A stretch of DNA of 64,000 bases from Candidatus Omnitrophota bacterium (lineage in GTDB: Bacteria > Omnitrophota > Gorgyraeia > Zapsychrales > Zapsychraceae), in NCBI GenBank assembly GCA_021108075.1, contig JAIORP010000158.1, positions 5,740 to 69,739 of the forward strand, written 5' to 3'. Numbering within the stretch: position 1 is the first letter of the stretch; each line of letters starts with the position of its first letter. Positions 12,005-22,372 of this stretch are shown here, in pieces. The notes beneath the pieces were generated by a model. That model worked only from the letters and a program-made list of their open reading frames with translations, searched no databases and was not told where the DNA came from. A program made the translations under genes and the position numbers.

Positions 12005-12682
12005 TTAAAATTTGACCATTTCCGCATAGGCAGGGATGACCATTTCAGGTGACTGCCCCCGCATCGTATAATCGAGGGCCTCAGTGAGAATTGAAACAAC
12101 AATGCGAAACGATTGATTGACATCTCTCCAACGGCTTAATATGGATATCTTATCAATTTTGGATCCCAGTTGCATATCGACAAAAGTGGCTAATATCTCT
12201 TCGGATTGTGCGTCGATAAACTCAGCATCAATGCCCATTTCATTGAAGGCCAGACTGTTTTTTAAACGCGCAAACGGTGCAACACGCGGGTCGAAATCAC
12301 TGGGAGCGATATTCAATAAGGCCACGCGAATTTTCAAAACACCTTCCCCCGGTTGATTAACGACAATATACTGATGGGCCAATGAATCAGCAAGCATATT
12401 ATAGAACTTAATCCTTATGCGGTTCAAGTCACTTCGATCAATACTCGCTTCCTTATATTGCGGGTGAAAATAAATTTCAACAGGTTCAATCAAAATCTTA
12501 TCATAATCATTAAAGGAGAAATCAGTGGTCCCGAAGGAAATCATCGTTTCAGAAACATATTGATAGCTTGGTTGCAATGCAGCCTCTACTGACGCTGATT
12601 TCTCCATTGATTGACAACCCCCGGCCAATGAAGAAACGAGAAAACCCAAAACAACAAGTATATGGCGGTTACTGCTTTTCAT
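12005..12682 (-). CDS. DUF3313-like lipoprotein
   Basis: Lipobox LAGGC; YDKILIEPV and LKIRVAL...EFIDAQS pattern; RBS GAAAGGA before ATG 12682. Confidence 0.65.
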   Translation of the reverse strand: MKSSNRHILVVLGFLVSSLAGGCQSMEKSASVEAALQPSYQYVSETMISFGTTDFSFNDYDKILIEPVEIYFHPQYKEASIDRSDLNRIRIKFYNMLADSLAHQYIVVNQPGEGVLKIRVALLNIAPSDFDPRVAPFARLKNSLAFNEMGIDAEFIDAQSEEILATFVDMQLGSKIDKISILSRWRDVNQSFRIVVSILTEALDYTMRGQSPEMVIPAYAEMVKF

Positions 12683-12855
12683 AACATCCTTTCTTTTGTC
12701 GACTAAAAAAAATATTTGCTTAAAATTTATATCGCAATTTGACGGGACTGTCAAATTTCTGTTCAAGCCTGATGCTCATCGTTTTAAAAACAATTTTCAT
12801 GAATGAAAAATCATTAGAGATATCAACGACAAAAAATTATAATAAGAAATGATCA

Positions 12856-12935
12856 TACCAATTCCATTAAATAATGACCAAAACCAATTCTTCTTTTCAG
12901 AATTAAGATAGAACAATTCATTAATGGATTTGGTA
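12856..12935 (+). mobile_element. MITE family A copy 1 (80 bp)
   Basis: TACCAATTCCATTAA...TTAATGGATTTGGTA TIRs, TCA direct repeat on both sides. Confidence 0.9.
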
Positions 12936-13099
12936 TCATCTAGCGTTTCAGAAGAACTCCGCATAAAAAAAATATTTTATGCCCTTGCTGTCTATCCTGT
13001 TTTATCATATTATATAAGAAATTGAATCCTTTTTTCCTCTATCTCTCGAGCACACTTATCTGGTCAAATAAGCCAGATCAGTGTGAAAGGCGGACATTT

Positions 13100-13813
13100 T
13101 TGAGCGTACATTCCTTAAAAAAAGACTTACGAAAATATGCTGACCCCAAAAAAGCAAAAATACTGCAGCGTTTTTTTAAGACTGGCCAAGGAGAATACGG
13201 CGAAGGGGATGTCTTCCTCGGGGTAAAGGTCCCGGATACCCGTCGTGTCGCCAAAAACCATAAGGGAGAACCTCTTGAGGTCATCGACAAACTCATCCAA
13301 TCCGAGATTCATGAAGAACGGTTATTAGCTCTCCTGCTGTTAATAGAAAAATTCAACACGGCAAACCCGATTGAGCGGCAAAAATTCTTTAAATTCTACA
13401 TCACATGTTTCCCCCACATCAACAACTGGGATCTCGTGGACCTCAGTGCTCCCAAAATCGTCGGTCAATACCTGTTCGGCCAGGCTAAAAAAAAACAGCA
13501 ATACCTTATTCAACTCGCACACTCACAAAATTTATGGGAAAAACGCATCGCCATTATTTCCACCGCTTTTTTCATCCAGCAAAACAAATTTGGTTTGACT
13601 CTGGCGATCAGCAAAATTCTTCTGAACGATCAGCATGATCTCATCCACAAAGCCGTGGGCTGGATGTTGCGTGAGGTGGGCAAACGTGATATCCGCGAAG
13701 AAGAAGAATTTCTAAAAAAGCATTATCAAAAAATGCCGCGGACCATGTTGCGCTATGCCATTGAAAAATTCGAAGAGAAAAAAAGACAGGACTATTTAAA
13801 AAACCGGATATAA
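13100..13813 (+). CDS. DNA alkylation repair protein (AlkD-like HEAT-repeat glycosylase)
   Basis: FFKTGQGEYGEGDVFLG, INNWDLVD, HKAVGWMLRE, MPRTMLRYAIE; probable TTG start at 13100 after GAAAGG. Confidence 0.88.
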   Translation: MSVHSLKKDLRKYADPKKAKILQRFFKTGQGEYGEGDVFLGVKVPDTRRVAKNHKGEPLEVIDKLIQSEIHEERLLALLLLIEKFNTANPIERQKFFKFYITCFPHINNWDLVDLSAPKIVGQYLFGQAKKKQQYLIQLAHSQNLWEKRIAIISTAFFIQQNKFGLTLAISKILLNDQHDLIHKAVGWMLREVGKRDIREEEEFLKKHYQKMPRTMLRYAIEKFEEKKRQDYLKNRI

Positions 13814-13848
13814 AAAAAGGCGCCAACCGTTATCCATCCGCTTTGTCA

Positions 13849-13928
13849 TACCAAATCCATTAATAAATTGTTCTATCTTAATTCTGAAAAGCAGAATTGA
13901 TTTTGGTCATTGTTTAATGGAATTGGTA
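13849..13928 (-). mobile_element. MITE family A copy 2 (80 bp)
   Basis: Reverse orientation; TCA duplication, the right copy being the TGA stop of the TPR gene. Confidence 0.9.
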
Positions 13929-14864
13929 TCAATATAACTCATATCTGAACAATGTTCTTGTGTCCGGCTGAACGTTCGATTCCTGACTCAGCTCCCGGCT
14001 TTTTTGGCGAATCAACCGCCCCTGACCGACATGTCCGAGCGCTTCGAGACATTGGCCCCAATGCTCATAAACATCAGGGTTATCGATATCAAACTGCAAG
14101 CTGTTCCTCAAATACATAATAGCGTCCTCATATTCTTTCATATTGAACGACGCTTTTCCGAGAAACAAAAAATAGAAGCCTTTTGACGGGTTATTTTTTT
14201 GTAAGGCGTCATTAGCCACATCCATCACACTTTGATATTGCTTCAATTGATAATAGGAAAGAATGACCATCTTATAGGCGGAATCATACGCTTGCTGCAA
14301 TTGATTCACGAAATACATATCAGACTCACGATGGAATTCACGATACAACCGGATATACAAACGCTCGGAGGTAAAAACATAATCTAAGGTCTGTTCCGGA
14401 GAACGGTTATAGGCCTTACGCAGATGGGCGATCGCTAACGGGTAATCTCCTCGATGATACCGGTCCACACCTAAATTATAATGATACCAAAAAAAGTCCG
14501 GCTGCAAGGCCAGGGCCTGAGAATAAGCATCCCGGGCCGCGGAATGCTCTCCCAGCAAGTAGCTGCAATACCCGTACAATCCCATCGCATCCGCCCTTTC
14601 AGGGAACAGGTTGAAAACTTCTTTATAGTACTGCCGGAATTCCTCCAGGCGCGTGACATCCAACGCGACTTGCCCTTTCGACAGGGCCTGCAGATATTCA
14701 TTCGATTCCGGACGCAAGCGGTTAAGGGCTAGAATTTTTGCCTGGTAGACCAGGTCGGGTATATTGATGAAACCGCTTAACAATAGAAACACGAGCAGAC
14801 AAAAAAACCCGAACCGGGTTAATACATACATGATCAGACTATTTTTTCTTTGTTTTACTATCAT
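13929..14864 (-). CDS. Membrane-anchored TPR protein (module 1)
   Basis: N-terminal TM helix; TPR motifs (ALALQPDFFWYHYNLG, YLRNSLQFDIDNPDVYEHWG); paralog of 31019 and 34234. Confidence 0.8.
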   Translation of the reverse strand: MIVKQRKNSLIMYVLTRFGFFCLLVFLLLSGFINIPDLVYQAKILALNRLRPESNEYLQALSKGQVALDVTRLEEFRQYYKEVFNLFPERADAMGLYGYCSYLLGEHSAARDAYSQALALQPDFFWYHYNLGVDRYHRGDYPLAIAHLRKAYNRSPEQTLDYVFTSERLYIRLYREFHRESDMYFVNQLQQAYDSAYKMVILSYYQLKQYQSVMDVANDALQKNNPSKGFYFLFLGKASFNMKEYEDAIMYLRNSLQFDIDNPDVYEHWGQCLEALGHVGQGRLIRQKSRELSQESNVQPDTRTLFRYELY

Positions 14865-14865
14865 G

Positions 14866-17049
14866 TCATAATTTTTCAGGGTTTCTCAAACATTTCACAT
14901 CCGCACAATGCATAGCGATGACCCCGATAAACGTCACAAAAAACAAACCATACAAGGCTACCGGGAAAAAATACTCCCGGAAGGATAAAAAGCGTAAAGT
15001 GATGACATGCTTTCCGGGTGGGATCATAAGACCTTTAAAAGCCATCTGACTTTGAAAAATCGAAATCTGTTTGCCGTCTAAATAGGCCTGCCATTTCTTA
15101 TGAAAGGCATCTGTGTAGACAATAAATTTCTGTTGATCAAAATTTGTTTTAAACAAAATCTGGTCGGCACGATACCGCGTAACTTGAAATTCCGGCAGGG
15201 CGTCTTTGATTTTTAGCGGCGTGTCCGCACATGGTAAAAATTTCGCGTTTTCGATAAAATTCTCCAGCTTCAGTTTTTGGTCAGCAAACAGATTGGTGAC
15301 ATAAGCGATATTGCGGTTCTGCAACAGGGAACGCTTTAACAGCCGAAAGGAACTGTTATTAAACGGCAGGCCCTCAACCTGATCATAAATAATAAATTTT
15401 GTTTTTAAATAATCGCGCCAAAGAATTTGGTCAACATGCTTGATAAACGCATCGACCCCTTTCATAGAGCAATACGGAACATAACTGACCTCCGGCACAT
15501 ACGTCAACTGACGGTTACGGTCTCTTTCATATTCAAAGGATGTTTGATAGGCATCGTAACGGTAGCGCAATGGATGTTTGACTGTCCGTTGAATCAAGAA
15601 AGTGTATGTCTCCATGGAAGGATAAAAACTGGCGAAAAGAATAAAACCATAAACCAAAAACGCCCACACCCCCTCACTCCGGCCGGGCGACGGAACGTTC
15701 CGCCAAATAATCATCAGAAACACAAGGCCACTCATCAAAAGGGTAATCACCGACGGCAGAGTAAGCTGCGATGATTGCGTCAAGACACGCAAAATAAATT
15801 GAACCATAAAAATAATCCAGCAGCTGGCTAATAACTGAATAGCGCGGCCTTTGTTCTTTTGGGTTAAGAACTGGCACCAAATTTCTGAAGCCAAGACAAT
15901 TCCAAGAGGAAGCACAAAAAACCATAAATAAAAATGCAGGTTCCGGTATAATTTGTAATAAAAAATATGCTTGTATAAAAACTCGTAAAGGCTCGTCTGA
16001 GGGGAAACGGACAGGAATAAAACAATGGTCCAGGCAACAAAAAAACATAATCTTTTCGTCGTCTTCACAATAAAACCTAACCCCATAATGATGAATCCCA
16101 ATAATGGGACAAAAAAAGCATTGAGGCGCAGCAGACGATAATCCTTAAAAAATGACGAGAACACAATATGTTCCACCATCCCCCATCTGGAGACCCCTTC
16201 CCGCTGAATTTCAAAAATATTGCGTTGTTCATCCGCCATGATCCGGCCGGGTAATGTGAACTCACTTTGTTTGGTTTCCTGATAAAAGAACCAACCGGGT
16301 AAAAAAGAACTGGCCAGGATAAGGGTCAAAAGAAGGACGAACCATTTATGACGACAGGTAAAGGATCCGAATTGAGCAAGCCAACGAAAAAACCGCTTGG
16401 GATAGAATAGAATGCAACACAATGAAAACGTCGCAATAATATTAAAAGAAAAAAAAGGAATATACGTGCTATTGATCAGCATCATTGTAAAAACTAATCC
16501 CAGCAGTTCCTTCTTACTCCATTCTTTCGACAAACCGATCAGGAAAAAAAAGAACCACAGCAGCGGAACACTGACCAGGATCAAATAAGATTCAAACAAC
16601 TTGATGCTCATTGAAGAAAAAATAAAGAGACAAAAAGCGAGGAAAGAGGAATAGGAACAACGCGTTAACCGTTTGACAATCCCATAAAGCCCCCCGGCGC
16701 CAAGAAAAAAGTAAACAACCAGGAAGAAAAAATAAGCCTTGATGTGTGACAATCCCAGCCACCGTAAGAAAACAATGACCAGGAACACCGGATTATAGCC
16801 ATTGAATCGGCGGAGAAAATATTCATTCGGCACACCAAAATTCCAATGCGGGTCCCAGGACGGGTAGGCTCCTGTCATCAAATGATCGACATAATATTTA
16901 ATATGGTCATAGTAAGAAACAGCATCATTCTGCAGAGAAACTTTGTTCAACAAAAAACTGCTCATGAGGCCTAACCATAAACAGATGGCGACAACACAAA
17001 AAAAGAACCCTATCAAACATTTTTTATTTTGTTTTGGGATTGAGAACAT
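14866..17049 (-). CDS. YfhO-like GT-C fold membrane glycosyltransferase (module 1)
   Basis: Many TM helices, N-terminal D...PSWDP..G loop, C-terminal YTDAFHKKWQA...AFKGLMIPPGKHVITLRF plus final TM typical of YfhO. Confidence 0.75.
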   Translation of the reverse strand: MFSIPKQNKKCLIGFFFCVVAICLWLGLMSSFLLNKVSLQNDAVSYYDHIKYYVDHLMTGAYPSWDPHWNFGVPNEYFLRRFNGYNPVFLVIVFLRWLGLSHIKAYFFFLVVYFFLGAGGLYGIVKRLTRCSYSSFLAFCLFIFSSMSIKLFESYLILVSVPLLWFFFFLIGLSKEWSKKELLGLVFTMMLINSTYIPFFSFNIIATFSLCCILFYPKRFFRWLAQFGSFTCRHKWFVLLLTLILASSFLPGWFFYQETKQSEFTLPGRIMADEQRNIFEIQREGVSRWGMVEHIVFSSFFKDYRLLRLNAFFVPLLGFIIMGLGFIVKTTKRLCFFVAWTIVLFLSVSPQTSLYEFLYKHIFYYKLYRNLHFYLWFFVLPLGIVLASEIWCQFLTQKNKGRAIQLLASCWIIFMVQFILRVLTQSSQLTLPSVITLLMSGLVFLMIIWRNVPSPGRSEGVWAFLVYGFILFASFYPSMETYTFLIQRTVKHPLRYRYDAYQTSFEYERDRNRQLTYVPEVSYVPYCSMKGVDAFIKHVDQILWRDYLKTKFIIYDQVEGLPFNNSSFRLLKRSLLQNRNIAYVTNLFADQKLKLENFIENAKFLPCADTPLKIKDALPEFQVTRYRADQILFKTNFDQQKFIVYTDAFHKKWQAYLDGKQISIFQSQMAFKGLMIPPGKHVITLRFLSFREYFFPVALYGLFFVTFIGVIAMHCADVKCLRNPEKL

Positions 17050-17068
17050 ATCCGAATTTTTTTATCTG

Positions 17069-17695
17069 TTACTTTGAGGACAAAATACCTTTTTGATATT
17101 CCTGAATGATCTTCCGCTTCATTTTTTCCTGCTCTTGCGCGATCACCTGCAACCGCAATTGCTGCTGAGTCACTTGCATCACGATGATCTTACGTTGATC
17201 CATCAAGGCCAGTTCTAACACCTTTTTAACAATTTTCTGGAAGAGGGGGTCCTGATACAAAGCTTGTAGATCCTGGTCAACTTTAGACTGGATATGTTGT
17301 TGGACAAGATTGGAATCGATGCCTTCTTCCAACTCTAATAAGGCTTTGTTTGTGGTGGATTCAAAAATATCCAAGGCCAATTCCCGGGTTGCCGGCTGGT
17401 TAAAAACCTGCCAGGCCGCTTGCTGTATCGCCTGAAAAGCTAACTGAGGGAATAAATCAATCTTATTATTCTGAATGGTCCGGCGGATCACTTCTCCTGA
17501 CTTTTTGATAACCGTGTTGACCACGACCTGCTGAACATAGCCCTCGATCATCGTCCGTTTGCGTTCTTTTTCCTGGTCCACTTCTGACTGCGCCGGCGAC
17601 GACATATAAACCCCATCATACGCCGCGCGTGATGGAACAGGCAGTACCAGGCATAAAAACAAACTCATCATCATAACAACTTTTTGTCTACTCAA
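17069..17695 (-). CDS. Secreted Gln-rich helical hypothetical protein
   Basis: Signal peptide ending SRA-A; overlaps the upstream gene. Confidence 0.65.
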   Translation of the reverse strand: MSRQKVVMMMSLFLCLVLPVPSRAAYDGVYMSSPAQSEVDQEKERKRTMIEGYVQQVVVNTVIKKSGEVIRRTIQNNKIDLFPQLAFQAIQQAAWQVFNQPATRELALDIFESTTNKALLELEEGIDSNLVQQHIQSKVDQDLQALYQDPLFQKIVKKVLELALMDQRKIIVMQVTQQQLRLQVIAQEQEKMKRKIIQEYQKGILSSK

Positions 17696-18371
17696 GAATC
17701 CGCTCTCCTTTCAATATTTCCGGTAATTTTCGGGCATCAATACGCAAACCGCCATCATGTTCGATCTTGATTGTATATAAGTACCCCGGAACAAACCTGG
17801 TGCCCGGGGCTTCTATCTGCGCGTTCTTAATGCCGACTTGCCCGGCCCTGGAGGCATCTAAGGCGTAAACCCAAAACTCATGCCAAAACTGATGTTCCAA
17901 AGGGTTCTCGATTACTGACATTTTATATCCCGCGGGAATAGTCTGTAAAGGGGTTATCTCAAACTCTTCTGTTTGAGCGCCATCCAGCATAAAGACTTTC
18001 CAAAAAAGAAAAACGCTGCGCCCTTTAAATAGATCCCCGCGCTTAATAAAACGATCATCAAACCGGACAACAAGGGATTGAAACTGAATGATATTGCCGG
18101 AAAAAGTAAAATATTTCGGTTCTAATGGTTGGTTGGAAACGTCGTACTCTAAAAACTTAATCGTTGTTACTGTTTTCTGTCTGTCCTGATGATATTTAAC
18201 ATTTGTGACCAAAACTTCCGCTGTCCGGGAATCCGATTCCAATCGGCTGATGATCGTCTTGTAAAATTCCTCCCGAAAGAGATAACGTTTGTATCCCACA
18301 TATCCCGCCCCACCGATTAATCCGGCGCAAACAAGACCGGCCACAACTTTTACGATTGTTACTCTTTTCAT
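17688..18371 (-). CDS. Hypothetical protein with N-terminal TM anchor
   Basis: 227-aa ORF, tightly coupled to neighbours, globular beta-rich composition. Confidence 0.7.
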   Translation of the reverse strand: MKRVTIVKVVAGLVCAGLIGGAGYVGYKRYLFREEFYKTIISRLESDSRTAEVLVTNVKYHQDRQKTVTTIKFLEYDVSNQPLEPKYFTFSGNIIQFQSLVVRFDDRFIKRGDLFKGRSVFLFWKVFMLDGAQTEEFEITPLQTIPAGYKMSVIENPLEHQFWHEFWVYALDASRAGQVGIKNAQIEAPGTRFVPGYLYTIKIEHDGGLRIDARKLPEILKGERILE

Positions 18372-18373
18372 GG

Positions 18374-20468
18374 CTATGATTCCATTCTGTTTTGAAACTT
18401 GTGGTACAACCGATAGTAATTCTTATCATCCGGTGATCCCGTCCGGTAAATTTTTATCATATACGGACCGCGACGGGCTTTCAGCGCCGGATCAAATTTA
18501 AAAACGGCTAGACCGCCCCTATCATCGCTCAGAATAGATTCAGCAGGCACGACTGTTGAAGAATTGACGCCTGTTACAGGTATCCAGACGGATTGCACAT
18601 CATCCAGCTGATACAGATACGCCTTCAACCCATCGCCTGGCTGCCCAACCTTATAAATACGCGCGGCAAATGTTGTGAAGTCGGATGTCTGCTCCACCGT
18701 CCCTAGAAATCCCCGATACTGATTCATCCCGTGTACCGTTCCGATATTGTAAATATCATTCCGCAGTGTGAAAATCTGATCGTCGGACCATTCTGAAAAC
18801 GTTGCAAATCAATAATCCACGCCCGGCTGAGTGTCTCTTGTTCATAGGGCTTATGCCCTAGGACCAAATACCGGTATGTTAAAATTTCTTCCTCATGCGC
18901 CCAATACCGGCTTGATGCCAATGTCTTGAATGATGCCACCGCATAATCTTTGAGGCGATTATCGATAATTAATTTATTTAAAAAAGGATCTTTATCAAAT
19001 TGCTGATAGTCGCTATGGGCCGCGATATAAATAGAATCCTTGGTTATCGGAGGAATATACGCATAGCCTTTTTTCACCTTAAAAATTGTCTGCATGGGCA
19101 CAAAGAGCACATGGGCCTTGACCCAATTGTTCAATTGTCCGACTAAATGCAGTTGGTGCGGATGTTGGGGATAGGTGTAAAGCTTTTTAATCCCCAATTC
19201 CTGAATTTTCCCGGATATAAATGTGGTCGCCATGCGCGACGGATAAATGTCTGAGGCAAACGCGGTAAAACTGCTAAAAAGATGACAAGGCCATACACCC
19301 CCCGCCTGGCTGAGGCACGTAAAGAAGACAGGTGGTGCTCCCAGCGGTAAGCCGTATAACCGACGAGCAGAATGATACCGACCAAAGACGTAAAATAATT
19401 GGCGCCATATTGGGCGACCTTTTTAACATTCGCTAAGATGGGTGAAGACAAACACAACAGAACCATTAACATTGCCAGGACATAGACCTTTGGGGTCTGA
19501 TCTGTTTGTGCCGTCCTGAGCGCATCCACAAACAATAACAACAGGCACAGACAAAAGACCGGAAACAGGACCGGCATAATCAAAAAAAAGTATTTGATGA
19601 TCCACAACCAACCGCCATGTGATGTTGCGATATTGCCTGGAATCCATTGCTGCAGATTGGGTTGATTATAATAAAAATGGTTATATCCCACGCTCACTTC
19701 AACGTATTCCCAAAAGCTGATGATATTATGCCAGATATGCGGCAACGTTAACCAGATTAAGACAACCACACCGCCAACAGTTAAGAGACCGCAGTCGAAA
19801 GAGATCGCTTGAACATCCCTTTGGATCTTCCTTTCAACACAGTCATCAGACCGCAAAAAATAATGCCAAACAAGCAGGCCAAAGACATAGGGCACATATA
19901 AAGCCGACACGGAAGAAGAAAACAGAGCCGCGCACAAAGCCGCCCCGGAAAGAATTTTCAAGACCCAGCCAACCCGGGTTTGATGGGCGCATAAAAAACA
20001 TAGCACGCTAATAAGAAAAAACATGAGGCCCAGGGGTTGATGTTTCGCGAACAGGATATACAAATAGGGCCAGAAACTGGTCGTAAATAAAAAATAACAC
20101 AACAGGCCGATCGTGTCATTGAAAATGCGCCGGGTAATTTCAAAGACAAGCACGGATGACACGCCCACTGCGGCCGAACAAACCAGAATAAACGGCCTCA
20201 GGGTGGTCTCATCACACATGATTCGCTGGAGCAGCGAGGCTAAATATATAAAAAACTCTTTGCCGTGCAGCCAACGGACGCGAGGTTGATCAAATGATTC
20301 ATGCATCTCTGAAATAAAAGTGAGGTCCTTTAGTCGTACGGCCGCGTCAAAATAATACGCTTTTGTATCGGTCGGCCAGAACTGAATATCCCAAATAAAC
20401 ATAATAATAGTAATATTTATAAGTAACGTAATGGCGATAACAGCCCATGACAATTGTTTGTTATTCAT
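18374..20468 (-). pseudogene. GT-C (ArnT/PMT-like) membrane glycosyltransferase split into three ORFs by two -1 frameshifts
   Basis: ORFs 19143-20468, 18724-19233 and 18374-18727 join into one 698-aa frame if one base is added in each overlap, e.g. at the GTTTT runs near 19268 and 18798; multi-TM N-terminus with PTDTKAYY loop. Confidence 0.6.
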
Positions 20469-20641
20469 CTCGTCCTTCTCTAAGGTCGCATACGGCTAAT
20501 CATTCCCTTGCATTATACGTGAAAAAAGAATACCGATTGTATTTTTTTTTATTAAATATTCCGACATTCACCTTTTTCAAAATTTTCATTTACGGAATCA
20601 CCAATCATCCGTAAAATATGAAGACATTTATAGGAATTTTC

Positions 20642-22024
20642 ATGAAAAAACAATATCCCATCCTATCATTTATTATACTGCTTTGCTTTTTGGCCAGCAG
20701 TTTTCTTTATCACGGCATTCAAGCCGCTGATCAGGCCTCTGAAGGAACACTGTCCAAAAACGTTGATATCGCACAAGCCGGTCAACAAAAACAAATCCGA
20801 GAGATTTTCCCGCAAGCCCACAGCATACACATCAACCGTAAAGACCGGATCCACTATATCATTTATGACAAACAAAGTATGTTTTTAGGAATCGCCTTTT
20901 ATACTAAAGACATTGCACCGGACATCTACGGCTACGGCGGCCATGTCAATCTGCTGGTGGGGATAACCGCGCAAGGCACATTAACGTCCATCAAACTGAT
21001 CAACCATCTTGAAACGCCGGCCTATGTGGAAGGTAAATTGCTCCCCTTCCTTCAACAGTTCAGCGGACGGTCCATCCAGGACAAAATTGTCCTGGACCAA
21101 AACGTCAACGCCATCACGCACGCGACGGTCAGCAGCACGGCCGTGGTTAATGCCTTAAATCAAAGCATCGCCAAAATGTCCACCCTTAGGGTCGTTCAAG
21201 AAAAACTGATACCTCCGCGCTCCTCCTTTCCGGCCAAAGACATTATCCTCACTCTTTTACTTTTTATGTTAGCCATAATCAGTGTCCTGACATCCCAACC
21301 AATCTTACGCTGGTTCACGCTGTTAAGCAGTTTGCTCTATTTGGGCATCCTGAAAGGTTCCATGATATCGGCGTCGAATATAGCGGTCCTTTTTTCCGGA
21401 CGCTGGCCATTGTTCCAAACAAATCCGCACTGGTACCTGCTGACATTTTTTTCCATTCTTTGCGCGCCTTATTTCGGTATGGTGTTTTGCGGATACCTCT
21501 GCCCTTTTGCGGGAACGCAGGAAATCCTTCATGCCTTGACAAAAAAGATCCGCAAGCAAAGAACGGACACCATTTCCCCTGCGATTGAAAACAAAGCCCG
21601 GTTTATCAAATACGCGGTTCTGATGATCGCGGTCAGTGCGGGCATTCTGACGGGCCATCCCAATATCGCCATCATCGAACCCTTCATTACTTTGTTTACC
21701 TTCAACGGATCACACGCCGCCTGGATTTTATTAGGGCTGATGTTGCTGCTCTCCATGATATATTACCGCTTTTGGTGCCGGTTTTTTTGCCCGGTGGGGG
21801 CCTTCCTCGGTCTCATTGCCCAAAAAAGTTTATGGGGTATCACCTTAAAAAAATATCCGTGCAGCTATTGTCTGAAGTGTGAACAGATCTGTCCGACTCG
21901 GGCGATCAATTTTCAGAATAAAGATCACTTGCGTGTTGATACCCCGGAATGTGTGCTCTGCTTGGAATGCGTCAACAACTGTCCGGATAGAACATTAGGA
22001 GTCCGTCGCTATGGCAAGAAATAA
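20642..22024 (+). CDS. FMN-binding domain + 4Fe-4S polyferredoxin membrane protein (NosR/RnfG-NapH-like)
   Basis: GYGG..ETP..AITHATVSS FMN_bind; FCGYLCPF and WCRFFCPVG motifs; two C-terminal CxxCxxCxxxCP. Confidence 0.85.
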   Translation: MKKQYPILSFIILLCFLASSFLYHGIQAADQASEGTLSKNVDIAQAGQQKQIREIFPQAHSIHINRKDRIHYIIYDKQSMFLGIAFYTKDIAPDIYGYGGHVNLLVGITAQGTLTSIKLINHLETPAYVEGKLLPFLQQFSGRSIQDKIVLDQNVNAITHATVSSTAVVNALNQSIAKMSTLRVVQEKLIPPRSSFPAKDIILTLLLFMLAIISVLTSQPILRWFTLLSSLLYLGILKGSMISASNIAVLFSGRWPLFQTNPHWYLLTFFSILCAPYFGMVFCGYLCPFAGTQEILHALTKKIRKQRTDTISPAIENKARFIKYAVLMIAVSAGILTGHPNIAIIEPFITLFTFNGSHAAWILLGLMLLLSMIYYRFWCRFFCPVGAFLGLIAQKSLWGITLKKYPCSYCLKCEQICPTRAINFQNKDHLRVDTPECVLCLECVNNCPDRTLGVRRYGKK

Positions 22025-22217
22025 TGGGCTGGCCGTCACGGTCCTGGCCATAACCGGTTTGCTTGTTTGTTGGATCATGACCGAGAATATCCTCGCGATG
22101 AAGCGGGCAAAGACTTTTTCCCCGACAACCGACCGCTCACAGAGAGTTCAAGAACCTCTTCAAAAACAAACCATTAAACCGTATAATGCCTTATATTGGA
22201 GAGTTGCCGATGAATAA
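22011..22217 (+). CDS. Small single-TM peptide ending YNALYWRVADE
   Basis: RBS AGGAG before ATG 22011, overlaps upstream stop, hydrophobic N-terminus. Confidence 0.6.
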   Translation: MARNNGLAVTVLAITGLLVCWIMTENILAMKRAKTFSPTTDRSQRVQEPLQKQTIKPYNALYWRVADE

Positions 22218-22321
22218 TACCAAATCCATTAAATAATTGCCAAAATTTCTCATCGTTTTTTGCGAACGCTTTTACGCAAATAGCAATGAGAAATCAGATG
22301 AATTATTTATTGGATTTGGTA
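22218..22321. mobile_element. MITE family A copy 3, divergent 104-bp variant
   Basis: TACCAAATCCATTAAATAATT...AATTATTTATTGGATTTGGTA ends, TAA duplication (left copy is a stop codon), different palindromic interior. Confidence 0.8.
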
Positions 22322-22372
22322 TAATTTAAACAATATCATGCCCGTTATCAAAAGGCACCAAGGAAAAATGTC

